Shown here piece by piece: positions 22,941-36,677 of a DNA stretch of 62,567 nt. A model generated the notes under the pieces. The model did no database searches and was not told where the DNA came from. It saw only the letters and a list, made by a program, of their open reading frames with translations. A program made the translations under genes and the position numbers. Every line of letters starts with the position of its first letter. Within the stretch, counting starts at the first letter, position 1. The stretch comes from Vermamoeba vermiformis (taxonomy: Eukaryota). The DNA is taken from assembly GCA_045837725.1 (NCBI GenBank), contig JBEWZL010000045.1, forward strand, positions 1 through 62,567. Direction: 5' to 3'.

Positions 22941-23459
22941 TTACATAAGGGTCGAAAAGTTTGTTGTAGGTTTGGCCTTTGTTTTCGTGTTCTGCAGAAT
23001 CTTCATTAATAAGTCGTTGTCTTGGACTACGCTTTGCTTCTCCCCTTCGAGTTTGTATATTAATTGCTTTAAATGTTGAATCTCCTCTTTCTGTAGCGAG
23101 ATGGTGGCCTCAAATTTCTTGATCTGCTCTTCGTGTTCCCGCCTTAGCGTTTTTATTTTAGATTTTAATTTTTGGTAGTCTTGAGTTTTTGGTTTTGATA
23201 ACTGTTGCGGCTCTTCGTATTTCTGGATCCAACAAAATAATTAATTATTTACGTTGCGCGATCGAGCCTATTACCTCGTCTTTGAACTTCCGAATTGGCA
23301 CGCTAACTGAACGAGGAATCTTCGAACTCGACTTCTGTAAACGTACGTGAGTTGAAACAAAGCGATCGTGCATCTTACCTTGTGTTTTTTTGTTGGCGTC
23401 AGGTAATAATCGAAGACAGACTCGTCCAAATAATTCAAGCTATTTTCTTTGTTGTCCAT
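22941..23459 (-). CDS. Small coiled-coil protein with N-terminal KEN motif, 3 exons
   Basis: MDNKENSL...PTKKHK|KSSSKIPRSVS...DE|KYEEPQ...YQKLKSKIKTLRREHEEQIKKFEATISLQKEEIQHLK...TLM*. Confidence 0.6.
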
Positions 23460-23633
23460 TTGATGCTGTTCACAATTAGAAATGAAGCAACGAAGCGTCG
23501 TTACAGATTTTCCCGCGGTTTTTCAAAAATCAAATTACTAGCCGTTGTAATGGAGATAAAAAGCTTCGGACGAACGACGCTTCATTATTTCATTAATCCA
23601 CTCATAACAACAACAACAAAACCTTAACTTACA

Positions 23634-24062
23634 ATGGCCACTCAAGTTTTGCGTGATATCACCAACCAAATCCAAGAGACCAAGCCTCTCAAGCTTGGCT
23701 GGAAGGGCAAGCGTGTTGCCTTCGACGAAGAAGGAAATGCCGTAGCCCCCAAGGAAGAGGTCGAAACCGTCGCCGTCGTTGGTGAGGGTGTTTTGCCTGT
23801 TTCTAGAATCGAAGATGCCGATGACACCGAATCCGATGAGGACTACGAATCTGCCGAAGAGGAGACTGCCGAAGATCGCAACAAGGCCTTCGACATCTGG
23901 GGCTACCGTGAGCCCAAGAAGGAAGCCGTCTGGTGCGGTAAGCGCATCGTTTTGGACGACTCCGAATCCGAAAGCGAGGAAGAGACCGAAGAAGAGCGCC
24001 CCGAAGTTGCTGACGCAGCCGTTGATGCTCTTGGCGCTCAAATGGATGTCCAAAAGCTCTAA
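23634..24062 (+). CDS. Small acidic protein of unknown function
   Basis: 142-aa ATG-to-TAA ORF with strong C-ending codon bias and an internal repeat (WKGKRVAFDEE / WCGKRIVLDDS); RDITN motif near the start. Confidence 0.65.
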   Translation: MATQVLRDITNQIQETKPLKLGWKGKRVAFDEEGNAVAPKEEVETVAVVGEGVLPVSRIEDADDTESDEDYESAEEETAEDRNKAFDIWGYREPKKEAVWCGKRIVLDDSESESEEETEEERPEVADAAVDALGAQMDVQKL

Positions 24063-24548
24063 AACAGTTTTTATTTATTAACCAAAATTTTGTAATAATA
24101 CACACCATCAAATCATGTACATACACCTGGCTAGCTCGCTGGCCGATCTCCAAATGCGTTAGGGCGTGTTTGGTGATTGCGAAATAAATCCTGCATTTCT
24201 ATTTATTTCTGCTCGTGCACCAGTCTGCACAATCAAAATTGATCAAGCTTCGTATATGACTCCAGGTGTTCTGAATAACACTGGAAGTTGTGGTACGTAG
24301 ATCCAGAAGGATCGGATGACGTTGTCTTTAATTCACATCCGCATAAACCTTTCATAACAACCAAACCAAAATTCTTATTAATCGAAATTAATTTTATAGA
24401 AGCAAGCACGAAGACATGAGAGTGCAACGAGAAATTCTACCTTCGACACTCCCCAACGTCGGTTTTAAATCTAAAACCGCAGCCTCTCGTCCTTTCTTCT
24501 ATGCAGCAGTAACGGACTTAATTTTATTTTCTATATTAATATATATTT

Positions 24549-27500
24549 ATGGCTATGATATCCAGTGTAAGTCTTAACTCACTCAACTTAAGTCGATTTT
24601 TAACTTTTACGTCAGCATTTTTGGCTTCGGCGGCCAATCACGAGCTCGACTTCACCTCAATATCGGACGCAAAGCATGACATTTTGGCTTTTTGCGAAAG
24701 GAACAAATTGACATGTTCAACTACATCATTATTTATTTTACTTGGCGCGATCCGCTCATTCGTTATCGCCGTCCGATCAACAAGACGATTATTCAGCCTT
24801 ATTGGTGCCCTCAATGGCGTCATACGAGCATTTTTCTTTCAAACAACAGTGCCCTTATTATTCTTTTTCTTGGCTGCACTTCCATTATGGCACAGCGTTA
24901 GCGACAATGATTGGCCCTACCGTCTGTTTTCGCCATCGATGTGGCTCGGAAAGTTGAATGAAATTGCAATGTTCTTCGGCACGAACGATTTCACGAGATT
25001 CAAAGCTGACGTTGCAGAGCTCTACCAACGTAACTATTGGACAGTCATGCTCGTGTGCTTGTTCTTGGTCGTGGGTTTTATGCAACGACGCGTGTTGAGT
25101 GCACTCAGCAGACTTGTCGCCTTTGGAATTAGAGTGGGCATGCGATGGTTTGCCATGGTCAAGTTCTTATATAGACGAGTGTTATTACGTCGCGTTGCCG
25201 TGCACTTTATTCCTCTAGCCTTGTTCACAACTGGTACGTCAAGATGATGTCGTCATAACATATTCGGCGTCTAATCAATCAACAGCATCTCTTCATGAAT
25301 TCTATGTGAACGATGCCCCTACTGCAATGGAGATGGCCCACGAAAGAAGCACTACTTTGATCATACTTGCTACTGCACTAGTGGGCTTCTGGTGGATGAA
25401 ATATTGGCTTGGAAGTGCCTCCACTGACTCACGTGTCTTTGTGGATGATATTACCAGGCTGAACAAAACAGCGGTTGACCGCGTGTTCTATGTGAAGACA
25501 GCTGATGATTTGAAGGATATTATTGCAATGGCCCAGGCGAACGGCAAGCAGGTCTCCATCCGCGGACAATCGCACACTATGGGAGGCCAAACAATTGCTT
25601 CAGACGGCTATGTAATCGACATGAAGTACTTCAACAATGTGAGTTACGATGCGGCCACTCAGACAGTCAGAGCAGAGCCAGGCGCAACATGGGGCCAGTT
25701 GATCAAGTACTTGAATGACTTTGGCATGTCACCTTTGATTATGCAGTCCTATTGCTCGTTCTCAGTAGGTGGTACAATCGCTGTCAATGCACATGGTATA
25801 ACCTCTGACTACGGCATGTACGAGTCCGTCGTAAGCTTGGACATAATCGATAGCTCTGGTCAAAGATTGACGTGCAGTCGCACGAACAATCGAGAGCTAT
25901 TCTCGCTTGTGATTGGTGGATATGGCTTGTTTGGATTTATCTGCGAAGTGACTATGAAAGTTGTGCCGAACGTCAAGATCAGCATGGAAAGCGTCAAACT
26001 CGAAAGCGAGGAATTCCCCACTTACTACCAACGAGTGTTAGAAGACCCGTCAGTAGAAGTCAAGTTGGCTCGAATTGACATTACTAGACCTCAAGATATC
26101 TTTTTGTTCATATTCAGAAAAGACAGTGACCAACGCACCGTGTCAGACTTGGATTCTGAGGCACGTGTCATGAAACAAGCGACACAGTTCTTGTACAAAT
26201 GGGCCATGCCATTGCGTATTATCCAGAGGTTCAGATACTTCGTGGAGACTTACGCGAGCAAGCCTTTGGACTGGAGTGGTGAGAACGATCGCAATCTGCT
26301 GATGTACGAGTCTGCTGCACCACTGGCAAGACTTTACACAGGCATCGTGTCGCTTGATCACACCTTCGTATTGCAAGAGTACTTCATTCCTCACGACAAC
26401 TTTGGCAAGTGGATGAAAGCTATCCGAGTGCTGTTGAAGAAGCCGTTTGAGCACGTTACATTGCTCAACATCACGATTCGATACCTCTACAAAGACGACA
26501 ATTCATTCTTGCCCTACGCAACGACGGACATGTTTGCATTCGTCTTCTACTATAGATTGAAGCGCACGACAACAGCGGATCAAGATCTCGAACACATTCA
26601 CAACCGCTTCGTGGAGATTGCGCTCAGTCTTGGCGGAACGTTCTACTTGCCATACAGACACCATTACTCAGACGAACAGCTACGTCAGGCCTATCCTCGT
26701 GTCGAGGCATTTTTCAAGCGAAAAGCTCATTACGATCCAAAGAATGTCTTCTCCAACTTGTGGTACAAGCGCTATGCCCGCTCTGTGATTGACGTGCACA
26801 AGCGACCTTCCACTCAATATAACAAGCACAAGTCACTGGCAGCTCCACACTTTGACCCGTCAATTGTTCCTATCGTCAGCGAACATCGTACCAACTCGTA
26901 TCAAGAAGTGTTCAAATCTCAGGTGCTAAAGAAGAAGCTCGAGACGTTCTTGCGCATAATATTCAACATCGAAAATCCGGCACGCTTGTTCTCGCAAATA
27001 GCGTTAGTTGTTTGGAATCCGAAGAACAACACTGACATGAAAGTTTACAACGAGCTCCAGAGAAGATTGAACGCACGCAAGTTCCAGTCGTACTTCAAGC
27101 TTCGTAATGGCATCAAAACTTTGAAACAAGTGTCAGAACAACGCACTGAACTTGCACAAGAAACGTCTATCAATAGTCACCAAGCTAGGTCTCGTAGGTT
27201 CCTTGCACGATTATGCTTCGATTGGTGACTCGGGCAAGATGATTCTCAGTCTGCGTAGCGCACTTGGAATGAAGGGCACCGCCTATGTAGTCCACGACAG
27301 ACAACGTACTGCCGATATAATTGAACGAGGCAGTTTGTTCCAAGTTGGCAACTTCGTTCCGATCGATTATCACCACGTTGAAGACCTTCCCATTCCATCG
27401 AACAGCGTTGACTTGGTCACCATGAATCAAGGCCTGCATCACTTACATCAGAATCAAATTGTCAACTTCTTGAAGATCGTGTACCGTATTCTACGACCCG

Positions 27501-28603
27501 GTGGAATATTCTTGGTGCGTGAACATGACGCAAGACCGGAGTTGATTCCGATCTTGGACTTGGCGCACAGTATTTTCAACGCGGTGACTGGCGTGTCAAG
27601 CGACGACGAGAAGCACGAGATCAGAGCGTTTAGGCCAATGGCAGAATGGCGCAGAATCATGACTGAAGTTGGTTTTGAAGACATGTACTTGTACGAGATG
27701 CAGCACAACGACCCTACCGAGGACTACATGCTCTGCTTTGCCAAGCCTCCATTCAAAACTCAACGAGCCCAAGACGTGCCATTGACGCAGTCTCAAGAGA
27801 TAATTGCCGAGGCCGATCACCGCGTGAAGAACTTGAGGGTGACATCAGTTCAAGAAGACTCTACGACCAGCTACTATCGCTTGCCTGAATGGGTGCTCGT
27901 GCGTGTCACTCAAATCTACGCCAATTTCCTCAACCACACACCTTGGTATCGATTCCCGTACGTCAAATTCACGCTGCTTTACTGGAAACTGGTCCTATTT
28001 GCGTACTTGAATGCAGCACGATTCAGAGACCCACTGCGCGCTGTGACGAATATTGGTCTGATAATGGACGTGATTATTGGATTCGTATTGACCCTGCTCT
28101 TTGCACAACTGTGGGTGTTGGCCATTCCATTGCGGTTGTTGTATGGAGGGGAAAATCCGTCAGAAGGCGAGAGTGAGCAGCTCTTGGTGACTGTGCCGAG
28201 CCATACTAGTAACGTTGATTGGCCGAGAATTGACCCCCGCATCCAGTGGCAGTCGTTGGGCGTTAAGAACAATAGCGCTCTGTTCTTGCTAACAATTCCG
28301 AAGCACATTCCATTCACAGAGATTCTGCTGAAGATTAACAGTTCCGTCGAAGGCATTCAGCTCATTGAAATTTCAGGGCAACGAGACGACATGCAGATCG
28401 AAGTCACCGTAGATCAAAAAAGCGCCATTAATCCACTCAAACGACTTGCTGGTGCTAGATATTTGTACGACTACCAGTATCCAACGGATCCCTCCACGAC
28501 GTACTGCGCATTGAGTGTTAACATTAACCAGGTGTTTGGCGTGCTCACGGAATTGCAAAACCACAGCCGCGTTAAAGTTTTGCAAATTTATGATTTTTTG
28601 TAA
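24549..28603 (+). CDS. Membrane-anchored FAD-linked oxidase (VAO/PCMH, ALO/DprE1-like) fused to a class I SAM methyltransferase-like domain; apparent +1 frameshift near 27166
   Basis: N-terminal TM segments; FAD motifs RGQSHTMGG, FSVGGTIAVNAHG, LVIGGYGLFG, GGTFYLPY, YDPKNVFSN; methyltransferase-like SIGDSG, DLVTMNQGLHHL, RILRPGGIFLVREHD. ORFs 25306-27228 and 27152-28603 join if one base is removed (AQET-LSIVTK). Confidence 0.8.
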
Positions 28604-28622
28604 ATAGAAAGCAACATAAAGC

Positions 28623-29947
28623 ATGTCTTCGCATTCTGATGTATTTGATTACAATGCTTGCATTGTCAGACCAGTCTCATCTGCCCTGTTTAAAGCCTTG
28701 CGAATGGAAGAGCCAGAAAACCCGATAGACGTCAAAAGGGCCCAAGAACAACATAAAATTTATACAGAGACGTTAAAGCAATTGCTACCGCATGTCTTCG
28801 AGGTAAGATTACGCTTCAGATCATGAAATTAATTAAATAATATTTCGTGGGCTTTATAATAAATAGCCTGAATTAAATTTCGAATTAAATGGCATGTTAC
28901 CGTAGTAATATAATTTAATTCATTTTTTTAGCTTCCAGAGGAGCCAGATCTAGCAGACAGCAATTTCGTCGAAGATACTGCTGTAGTTATCGATGACACA
29001 GCTATTATTCCGATTATGGGTGCTCTAGAGCGACGCCCTGAGACTGCTAAGGTATAATTGCCTTTGCTAAGACCTTCACAAACTCTAACCCGGATGTACC
29101 TTTTCAGATCAAAGAAACTCTGCGTCAATGCGGCAAACACATTGTTGAGATGCACGAGCCTGGAACACTTGACGGCGGAGACGTACTTTTCACTGGCCAT
29201 CGTAAGCAACCCCGTAGCACGCCTGTTTATGAATTCAAACTTACCTTACATACAGACATTTTCGTTGGTCTGTCACGACGTACAAATCAAAGCGGCGTCG
29301 ATCAATTGGCTGCTGCATTCCCCAAGTACAAAGGTATGACTTGCGCCATTCGTTGATAGTACGGCGAGAATTCATCAGTTTTTTTTTGTGCATTCTAGTG
29401 CACGCCATTCCAGTGAGTGCTGGCCTTCATCTCAAGTCAGTTATGAGCTGCTTTGACGACAAAACTATTTTAATAGCCGACACTGAATACGGAAGGTAGT
29501 TCTGCGCATTTTTAACAGCCATTACGGATCTAATTACTTACTCGTAGAAAAGCCGCAGCTGCGATTGAACACGCTGTTGGCCACGGTACTTACAAGATAG
29601 TATTTGTTTCTGACGTTGCTGCCTCGAACATTTTGAGGTGAGAATCAACCCGGTACCAACAAGTGATACGTGCGGTACGTGTGATTTAGAGCGGAGATTA
29701 ATTTTTGCTACCGAATAGAATTAAGCACACAGTGGTAGTTCAAGATCATTTACCCAACAGCATTGGCATTATTAACAAATTAGCTGAAGCGAAGCAGGTT
29801 AATGGTACGTAGTAATGCGATCCCATTTTTTACGTGGTTTGCTAAACAATATTTTGCGTCGCTATAGTCAAACTTACAGATTCGTCTGAATTGTGGAAAG
29901 TCGATGGATTGTTGACGTGTTGTAGCATTTTATTTAAAGTAAAGTGA
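28623..29947 (+). CDS. DDAH: Dimethylarginine dimethylaminohydrolase (amidinotransferase superfamily), multi-exon
   Basis: AQEQHKIY, DSNFVEDTAVV, ERRPET, TLDGGDVLFTG, VGLSRRTN, LHLKS, KVDGLLTCCSIL. Confidence 0.9.
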
Positions 29948-30608
29948 ATTGCTAGTTCATCGAAAGAGAAGTGTTAGACGAATCCAAAACGAAAATTCTC
30001 TTGTGGACTGATGTAAGTCAACGAAACAGTTTTATATTCGTAATACGATACTTTATGCATAGCACTTTAATCGGTGAATTTGCACTGGAATTCTGACGTT
30101 GAACGATGACATCTGGATGCGACACGATCGGACTTCTCAAAGGATTATCGGCGCCACAAAGTCCGTATCTTTGACACTACGCACGCGGCACCACACAAAA
30201 TGTTCTCAAGAACATTTCAGCGGTTTAAGTTTATTACGAGCGAAACGACTGGAAACTGAAATAGCAAGCATTGCTCGTGGGAACGATTATTATACAGGTA
30301 TGAAATAGTGACTATAACAATCGGATATGAGTTAATGAGTGTACTTTAGGGCGGTGGATTACATGACGCAAATTGCGAGTGCCTCAGATTTGTTTTAGTC
30401 TCCAGACAAGATCCTGAACTGTGAATACAAGGGTCTCAAACTAGGACGAAAATAATTCCGAAGACAGCTACAAAAATGACAAAATGATCGGTCATTTTCA
30501 TTCAGCTTATCTTGAGACACCACAAGAGAAAAGATAAAACGGTGAGTATTTTCTGAAACTTGATCCAACAAACTGGAAACATTACTAACTGTCTTTCAAG
30601 GTACAATC

Positions 30609-33085
30609 ATGAAACCAGTACTATTAATACTAGTTGTTGCCTTGCTTGCTAATGTCGTGCGCTTGCAAGTAATTTCAAGCGCGGATGTGGCAATGGACAG
30701 CTGCCTTTCAGTTAGTGCCATGCCCACCGTAACGACAGCACTTCAATCCAACGACACTCTCCTCAATTTATTACATGACGCTACTACTCTGGATCAAGTT
30801 GTTGCAGGCGTGCAACAGCTGTATAGAATCGTGGCAGATCTGACGCCGGTAAAGAACGGTTACGTGACCACTGCTTATGTTGGCTTTGGTAATGACAACA
30901 TTTACGGACTTCGCGACTGCTCTCTTCCCGAGAACTGCTCCCTTGGCTGGCTGCAATGTTGACAGATCCCATTGGATCGCGCTCATCCGCAACGAGGTCG
31001 TATTTTCGGATCAAGCCAGACATCGCTTTGGCATCAACAGCAATGGTCAAGTTGGTCTCGATCGAATGTGGAACGACACAAATCCTTTCTTGACGACTCA
31101 AAGACCGTGGTACACGACTCAAGGCTGGCAATTCTTTCAAGTAAGTCAACGGACCCACATCCGATCCGGAAATTAATTTTCTTCCGAATTATCAGCAATC
31201 CGTTGCCACTGGTTTATCGACGTACGCATTCTCTGCTTTGGCATCTCCTGGTATCGTGGTGGCTGCTGACCGCTCGTGGCGCGAACCTTGCAATGCTTGT
31301 TTGACGAACTCTTTTGCCGAATCCGCTGTTGACCGATTATTGGACAGCTTCAATGTGCCTAGCACCGTTGACGACTTCCCAGTCACTCTAACCTCGATGT
31401 TGGGCGTGCTTATCGAAACAAACAGCCCTTCAGCTTTGCAAATCCAGGTTGGCCTCAACAACGGCGATCTGTTCCTCGTTAAGGATTGCTTACAATTTGA
31501 ACTCCGCGACTCAATCCCTGCCTGTGCGGTAAGTAACATCAATGCCGTTACGTATTGTCTAACCTTTTCGCAGGACAATGACCGTTACCTTGGTCTCGTT
31601 GTGCACCACTTGCTGGACACCCCTCGTGCTTATCGTTTGTCTCTTGCTGGCGTTGTTTCTTCCAGCGTCGCACCGTCAGTCTCAAATGCTACTATTCAGC
31701 CCTGGTTCACTGTCGCTTCCGAACAGCGCAAGGGTTTCACCAAGCCACTTCCGACTGCTTCAGCGGCAGTGACTGCTCGCTCTTACTCGTCAAAATTTGA
31801 CAACGGTGTTGTGTCCGTCGAGCTATCGGAGGGAGAGTGCTTTGCCACGCCTTCAGATACCCAAGAACTCGTCACTAATGCCGACAGCGACGAGTGTTTG
31901 AGCAGATCTGCCGTGGACGATGTGTTGAACGACATTTTGAATTCTCTTCCTGCACTCAGCACAGTCACCACGTTGAGCGAACTCGTCACTTCTGTCAAGG
32001 ACTTGGCTGCTTTTGTCGCTAACGTGACAGTCGTCAATGGTCTTGTGACAGCTATTCACTTTGGCTCGAACAACGGCGACTACTACAGTCTCAGAGCGTG
32101 CTATTTGCCCGAGAATCGTGTCCAAGCCGGTTGTGATGGCGTAGCTTACTTCGCGTTGTACACTTCGAGTGCTAATATCCTTGGTGATGCACTTCTTCGA
32201 GTTTTCCCCGTCACTGTCAATGGCGTTGTCAACACGTCAGTCTCAATCATGGCTTCGACTACTCCGTTCAATTTGACCAGCTGGCTCTGGTACTCTCAAG
32301 CTTCAAGTGGCGTGTGGACGCAGCGCGGTGGATTCTACCCCTGCTACACTTACTCAGCACCTGTCAACGGCGGTGTTTGGGCACTTGATCGCAGCTACCG
32401 CGAGCCGTGCAACCAATGCTTGACCGACTCAGTGAGCAGCGACATTGCAAATCAATTGGCTTTGTTCGCTAATGGCCGTCAAATCGTCAATGTCTCGCAA
32501 GATTCATTCAACGATATTATTCAACACATTTACCAGACTCTGAATGCTCACGGCGATGTTGGCATTCAAGCTTATTACGGATTGTGGGACGGAAGCTTCC
32601 TCATGGTAAAGGTAAACCCTTTCTATTCCTTTTAGGGTCTTTTTTTAATCCGTTGATTGTAGCGTTGCAGCGCTGAAGAATTCAACCACGAAGCACCTTG
32701 CTCGAGTTCAGCACCGTTTACTGCGTGGATCTTGCGACGAGATGTCTTTGGAGATTTCAAGCGACACGTGTTCAATCTCGACAACAACGGAGCATTGACG
32801 CAAAGTGAAATCTACACCAGCGGCGATTACTTCCCTACTTCTCGTACTTGGTACCAAATTGGTCGTACAGCGCAGTATGGCTGGTCAGGTGTATTCGCGC
32901 ATCAATCGTCGTCTATGTACGGCAGAACTTTTGCCCAACAATTCAATGCAGGAGTGATCGGAGTTGATTTTACCACTCGCGAGTGCGAACCTCGAACTCC
33001 TAGTGTAACATCAGGCACGCCTACTGGCAGTGAAATCCACACTGCAGTTGGTATCTTCGGAGCAATCGGTGCCTTTTTGGTTTAA
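30609..33085 (+). CDS. Secreted or GPI-anchored protein of four tandem Cache-like repeats; apparent +1 frameshift near 30942
   Basis: Signal peptide MKPVLLILVVALLANVVRLQ; four repeats with YVGFGND/QVGLNNGD/HFGSNNGD/YYGLWDGS, TQRPWY/IQPWF/SWLWY/SRTWY and GIVVAAD/GVVSVE/GVWALD/GVIGVD; hydrophobic C-terminus. Confidence 0.7.
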
Positions 33086-33164
33086 ACCAATTTCAATAAA
33101 CAAATATTTTGTTACGAATTAATTTTCGTCGACCACAATATATAATTAATTTGTGTTTGAAATA

Positions 33165-36100
33165 ATGGATATACTGCCCCAAGAGTGCCTGGATAACGTC
33201 GTATCATTGCTGGATGTCGTTAGCTTGGTCCGCTTCTCGGCCACTGGTCATTACATTCGCAGGCAAGTAATTCTGTAATTCTGTAATTACTATTATTATC
33301 TACATCCTTCATTGAACATCATAATTAATGGGACCATAGTACCGATCCAATTATAATTAATTAAAAATTAATTTTTAGTTTCGTCCTATCCCCTCGTTAC
33401 TGGCAAATAGTAGACTTATCAAACAATGTGCATACCATAGATCATCTATTTTGGAATTATCTTGCTAATCGTTTTGGTGACACCGTCAAAACTATTAACC
33501 AAAGAAATTCAGCATTTCAGGATCTCAAACCTTTCAGTAAGTCATATGACCACAATATTGTTATTTATTTTATTAAGCATCGAACAGTTAAGAACTTTTC
33601 GTCACTGGAGCGAATTATTTGTGATGTTGAGGATCGCGAGTTAAACGAGCACGTGGTAATTAACCGAATGGTCCAAAAGGCGAAGAAAATCCTAAATACA
33701 ATTAAAGTAAATCAAGAAGATAAAATGTCAGCACTATTGGAGGATTTACATGGTAAGAGAGGACTCAACAAGCTTCAGATCGGTAATGCATTTCGTAGTC
33801 CGCCAAGCTCGAGCATTATTATGGGACGCACTGTGGATTGTTTTAGCGAACAAACATGGAGAAGAGTTCGTTCTAGATGACGAAAAATATTTTGAGGGTA
33901 AGTCAGATGTTTTTTTCAACCAATAGATGATCTCTGAACCCTATTTAAGACATTTATCATGACGCTGAGTGGTCTGCTTCACTCATTTCATTGCTTCTTG
34001 AGACCGAAAAGCAAATGTACCAACCCGACTTGCAATTGTTTCCTAGATCTATCATGTAAGCAAAACCTTCATTTTCGGCGAAATTCGATCTTATTATTTG
34101 TAATATAGAGCACCTGAAAAGATAGAAGCGATGGCATTTATAACAGATCCGAGAACCCACCACAGCTACCTCGCGCTAGGAATAGAACGAAGAATTTTAT
34201 TATGGGACATGCACTCACGTCAATGCATCAAAACATTTGATACGATATTGACTATGAATAAGGAGTCATACGAGCTTATGGACCCGAGTGAATGGACTTC
34301 CATAATTGCCAATTTTGATCGTGAAGAACAGCCGATTATTCTCGGTGGCTCAAATTCTCGATCTTTTTGTTGGAATTTTGACACCTCAGCGCTGATTTAC
34401 GAACAAAAGTCGAACGAAAGCTTACCTTCCAAATGTGCATTTTCTAAGAATGAATGGGGCTCAGTACGTAGTATTTAACTTTATGCATTAAAACTAATTT
34501 ATTCTTCCACACAGACTGTCTTATTAAAACAAAACAATTATTTGGGCTGCAAAGTGATAGATCCCTACACCGGTCAGATAATGCAGGAAATGCCTAACAT
34601 TCGTAAACGTAAGGCCTATACAAGCGTGACAGCCAATGGAAAATTCATCGCGGTTAAAAAATCGACAAAAAATGATAATGGCACCCTCACTTTAACGATA
34701 AGAAATATTTTTACCAATAAGAAAGAAGTATTTCGGCTAAATGGAGAATTGAAGTCTCGTAATGCAAAATTCGCGTGCCATTCATTTGGCGATGAATTGA
34801 TCGCCGTAAATGGCGGCGATAGGAAGTTGAAAATATACCGCCGTGTTGAGAAAAATAACGGTAATTAAAAATCTATCCTCAAATATTCTTCAATTATGAG
34901 AATTAAAATAACCCTATCCCTCAGAAATTGCCTACGAAGAGGTCAGATCTAATATTCGATCAGCAAGGTTTATAAGGATTCTATCAAGAGGTTTTGTTCT
35001 TGCTGACGATGATATTTGCGATATAATTCTTGGTTCGTAATAATAGCAATTGCCATGATGGATATATTAATTTCGTTTCAGGTACCCGGCGTTGTAGTGT
35101 CGAAGTAGATCCTTACAGTCTAGAACCGCTGCCATTTGCGTTCTTAGAACAAACAGGACTATTTGCCAGAGCTTATGGTAGACACGTAGCGTTACTGTGT
35201 GATGTGAATACATGTCAGAATGAGTTCGTTAGTTCATCACGGACTCGTATTCTGCCGAACAAGTTTACACGTAGCTAAGGACACTTTAGTATTTCATGAA
35301 ACTTACAGACAGTACGATGAAAGTCGTTCTTATGTGACAAGTAAGTCAACTTTGTTAGCCTTAAAACAATCTGACCTTGACTTTTTAGTGAAAATCTACG
35401 AGAAGATGATGGACCAACAAGATCAAATGCCATTTGACATCACATTTCAGGACTTTGTTACCAACAAAGAGGGTATATTGATCGATGTAACGCAAGACAA
35501 GTACGCTTTGGTGTCAATTCAAAGCGATAAGCCTCGTCAAGAGACATTCCGAGTGATTGACATGGACACTCAGAAAGCGATGTGGGAACACGTCGTTGAA
35601 CCCCGAAGAGTGCTACGTAATGGACGAATGCAAACTGAGTACACGAGCGGCGCATTGTTCGTGCCACAATCTAGTCACGTCTTCGTGAGCATTCCAGGAG
35701 GTATGATTTTCGTTAGTATTTGTTTGATTATTGAATGAATTACTTAGGCGGGTTCATCCTTTTTGATTGGAAGGAAAACAAATCGATTGAAACTCTTGAA
35801 AACCGCAAGTTTGGTGCTCCACTTAAGCTCAGTCAAAGTACGGTACAAAAGCTACATTAGCAGTTACAAGCTAACCTATTATTATACTAGGCGGGCGCTA
35901 TTATGTCGTGAGTACATCGGTCGGGTACACTCGCACCTTAGTCTATAATCGGGCCCAAAAGTCACTGCTGCTACTCAACACGCACGTAAATGACAGTGAA
36001 GCCATTGACTTCAATCCAGCAAATGAAGACCAACTGGCTGTTGCTGGGTGCGGTGTGAGAATATTTGATCTCAAAAACAGAGTGCAAGTTAAAACATTGA

Positions 36101-36615
36101 CGAGATTCGTGGACGGACAAGTCAAAGTGCTGCGCGAAAGCGAGGAAGTATGAAACTGAAACAAAATTCTCGGTTTTATTAGTATCTTAAATCGATTTAA
36201 TCAATCTTTAGATCCCCGTAGTGAAGTACTCACCGAGCGGAAAACATCTCGCCGTCATTGAGCGTCCGTCAAGAAAACCTTGGGGCTTGAACATTGTAAG
36301 TCAATTCAGTAAGTATTCAATACCATATTAATTTTATTTAAGGCCCCAAGTATTCTCCGTGTGTACGAGACAAACAAATGGACTATGATCACTAGCCTCG
36401 ATCTCGGCGAGGCAGTAGAAGCGCTTTGTTGGCTCGACGAAGAACACGCGGTGATCGGATCCACCGACGGAAAGATAAACCAAATGAGAATAGTGGTGCC
36501 TGAATTTGCTCACCTGTTCAAATACATTATTCCACCAGATCAAGGCAAAGAAATTTCACTACGCGACGTTTCGGACTGGTTCCGCAACGACGATCCGCAA
36601 ATCGAAGACTACTAA
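33165..36615 (+). CDS. F-box protein with C-terminal WD40-like beta-propeller repeats, multi-exon
   Basis: MDILPQECLDNVVSLLDVVSLVRFSATGHYIR (F-box); ILLWDMHSRQCIKTF, AIDFNPANEDQLAVAGCGVRIFDL, ALCWLDEEHAVIGSTDGKI. Confidence 0.7.
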
Positions 36616-36677
36616 GACCCGTTGTTGCGAAATGAGTTTGATTTATTTTTATATAGATACACGAATATTAAAAGGTT

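Noticed and set aside
23538-24153. Overlapping minus-strand and alternate-frame ORFs
   Set aside because: Shadows of the codon-biased 23634-24062 gene.
27152-27228. Programmed ribosomal frameshift in the oxidase-methyltransferase gene
   Set aside because: No slippery heptamer or shift-prone stop at the site, and similar single-base insertions occur in unrelated genes; an assembly error is more parsimonious.
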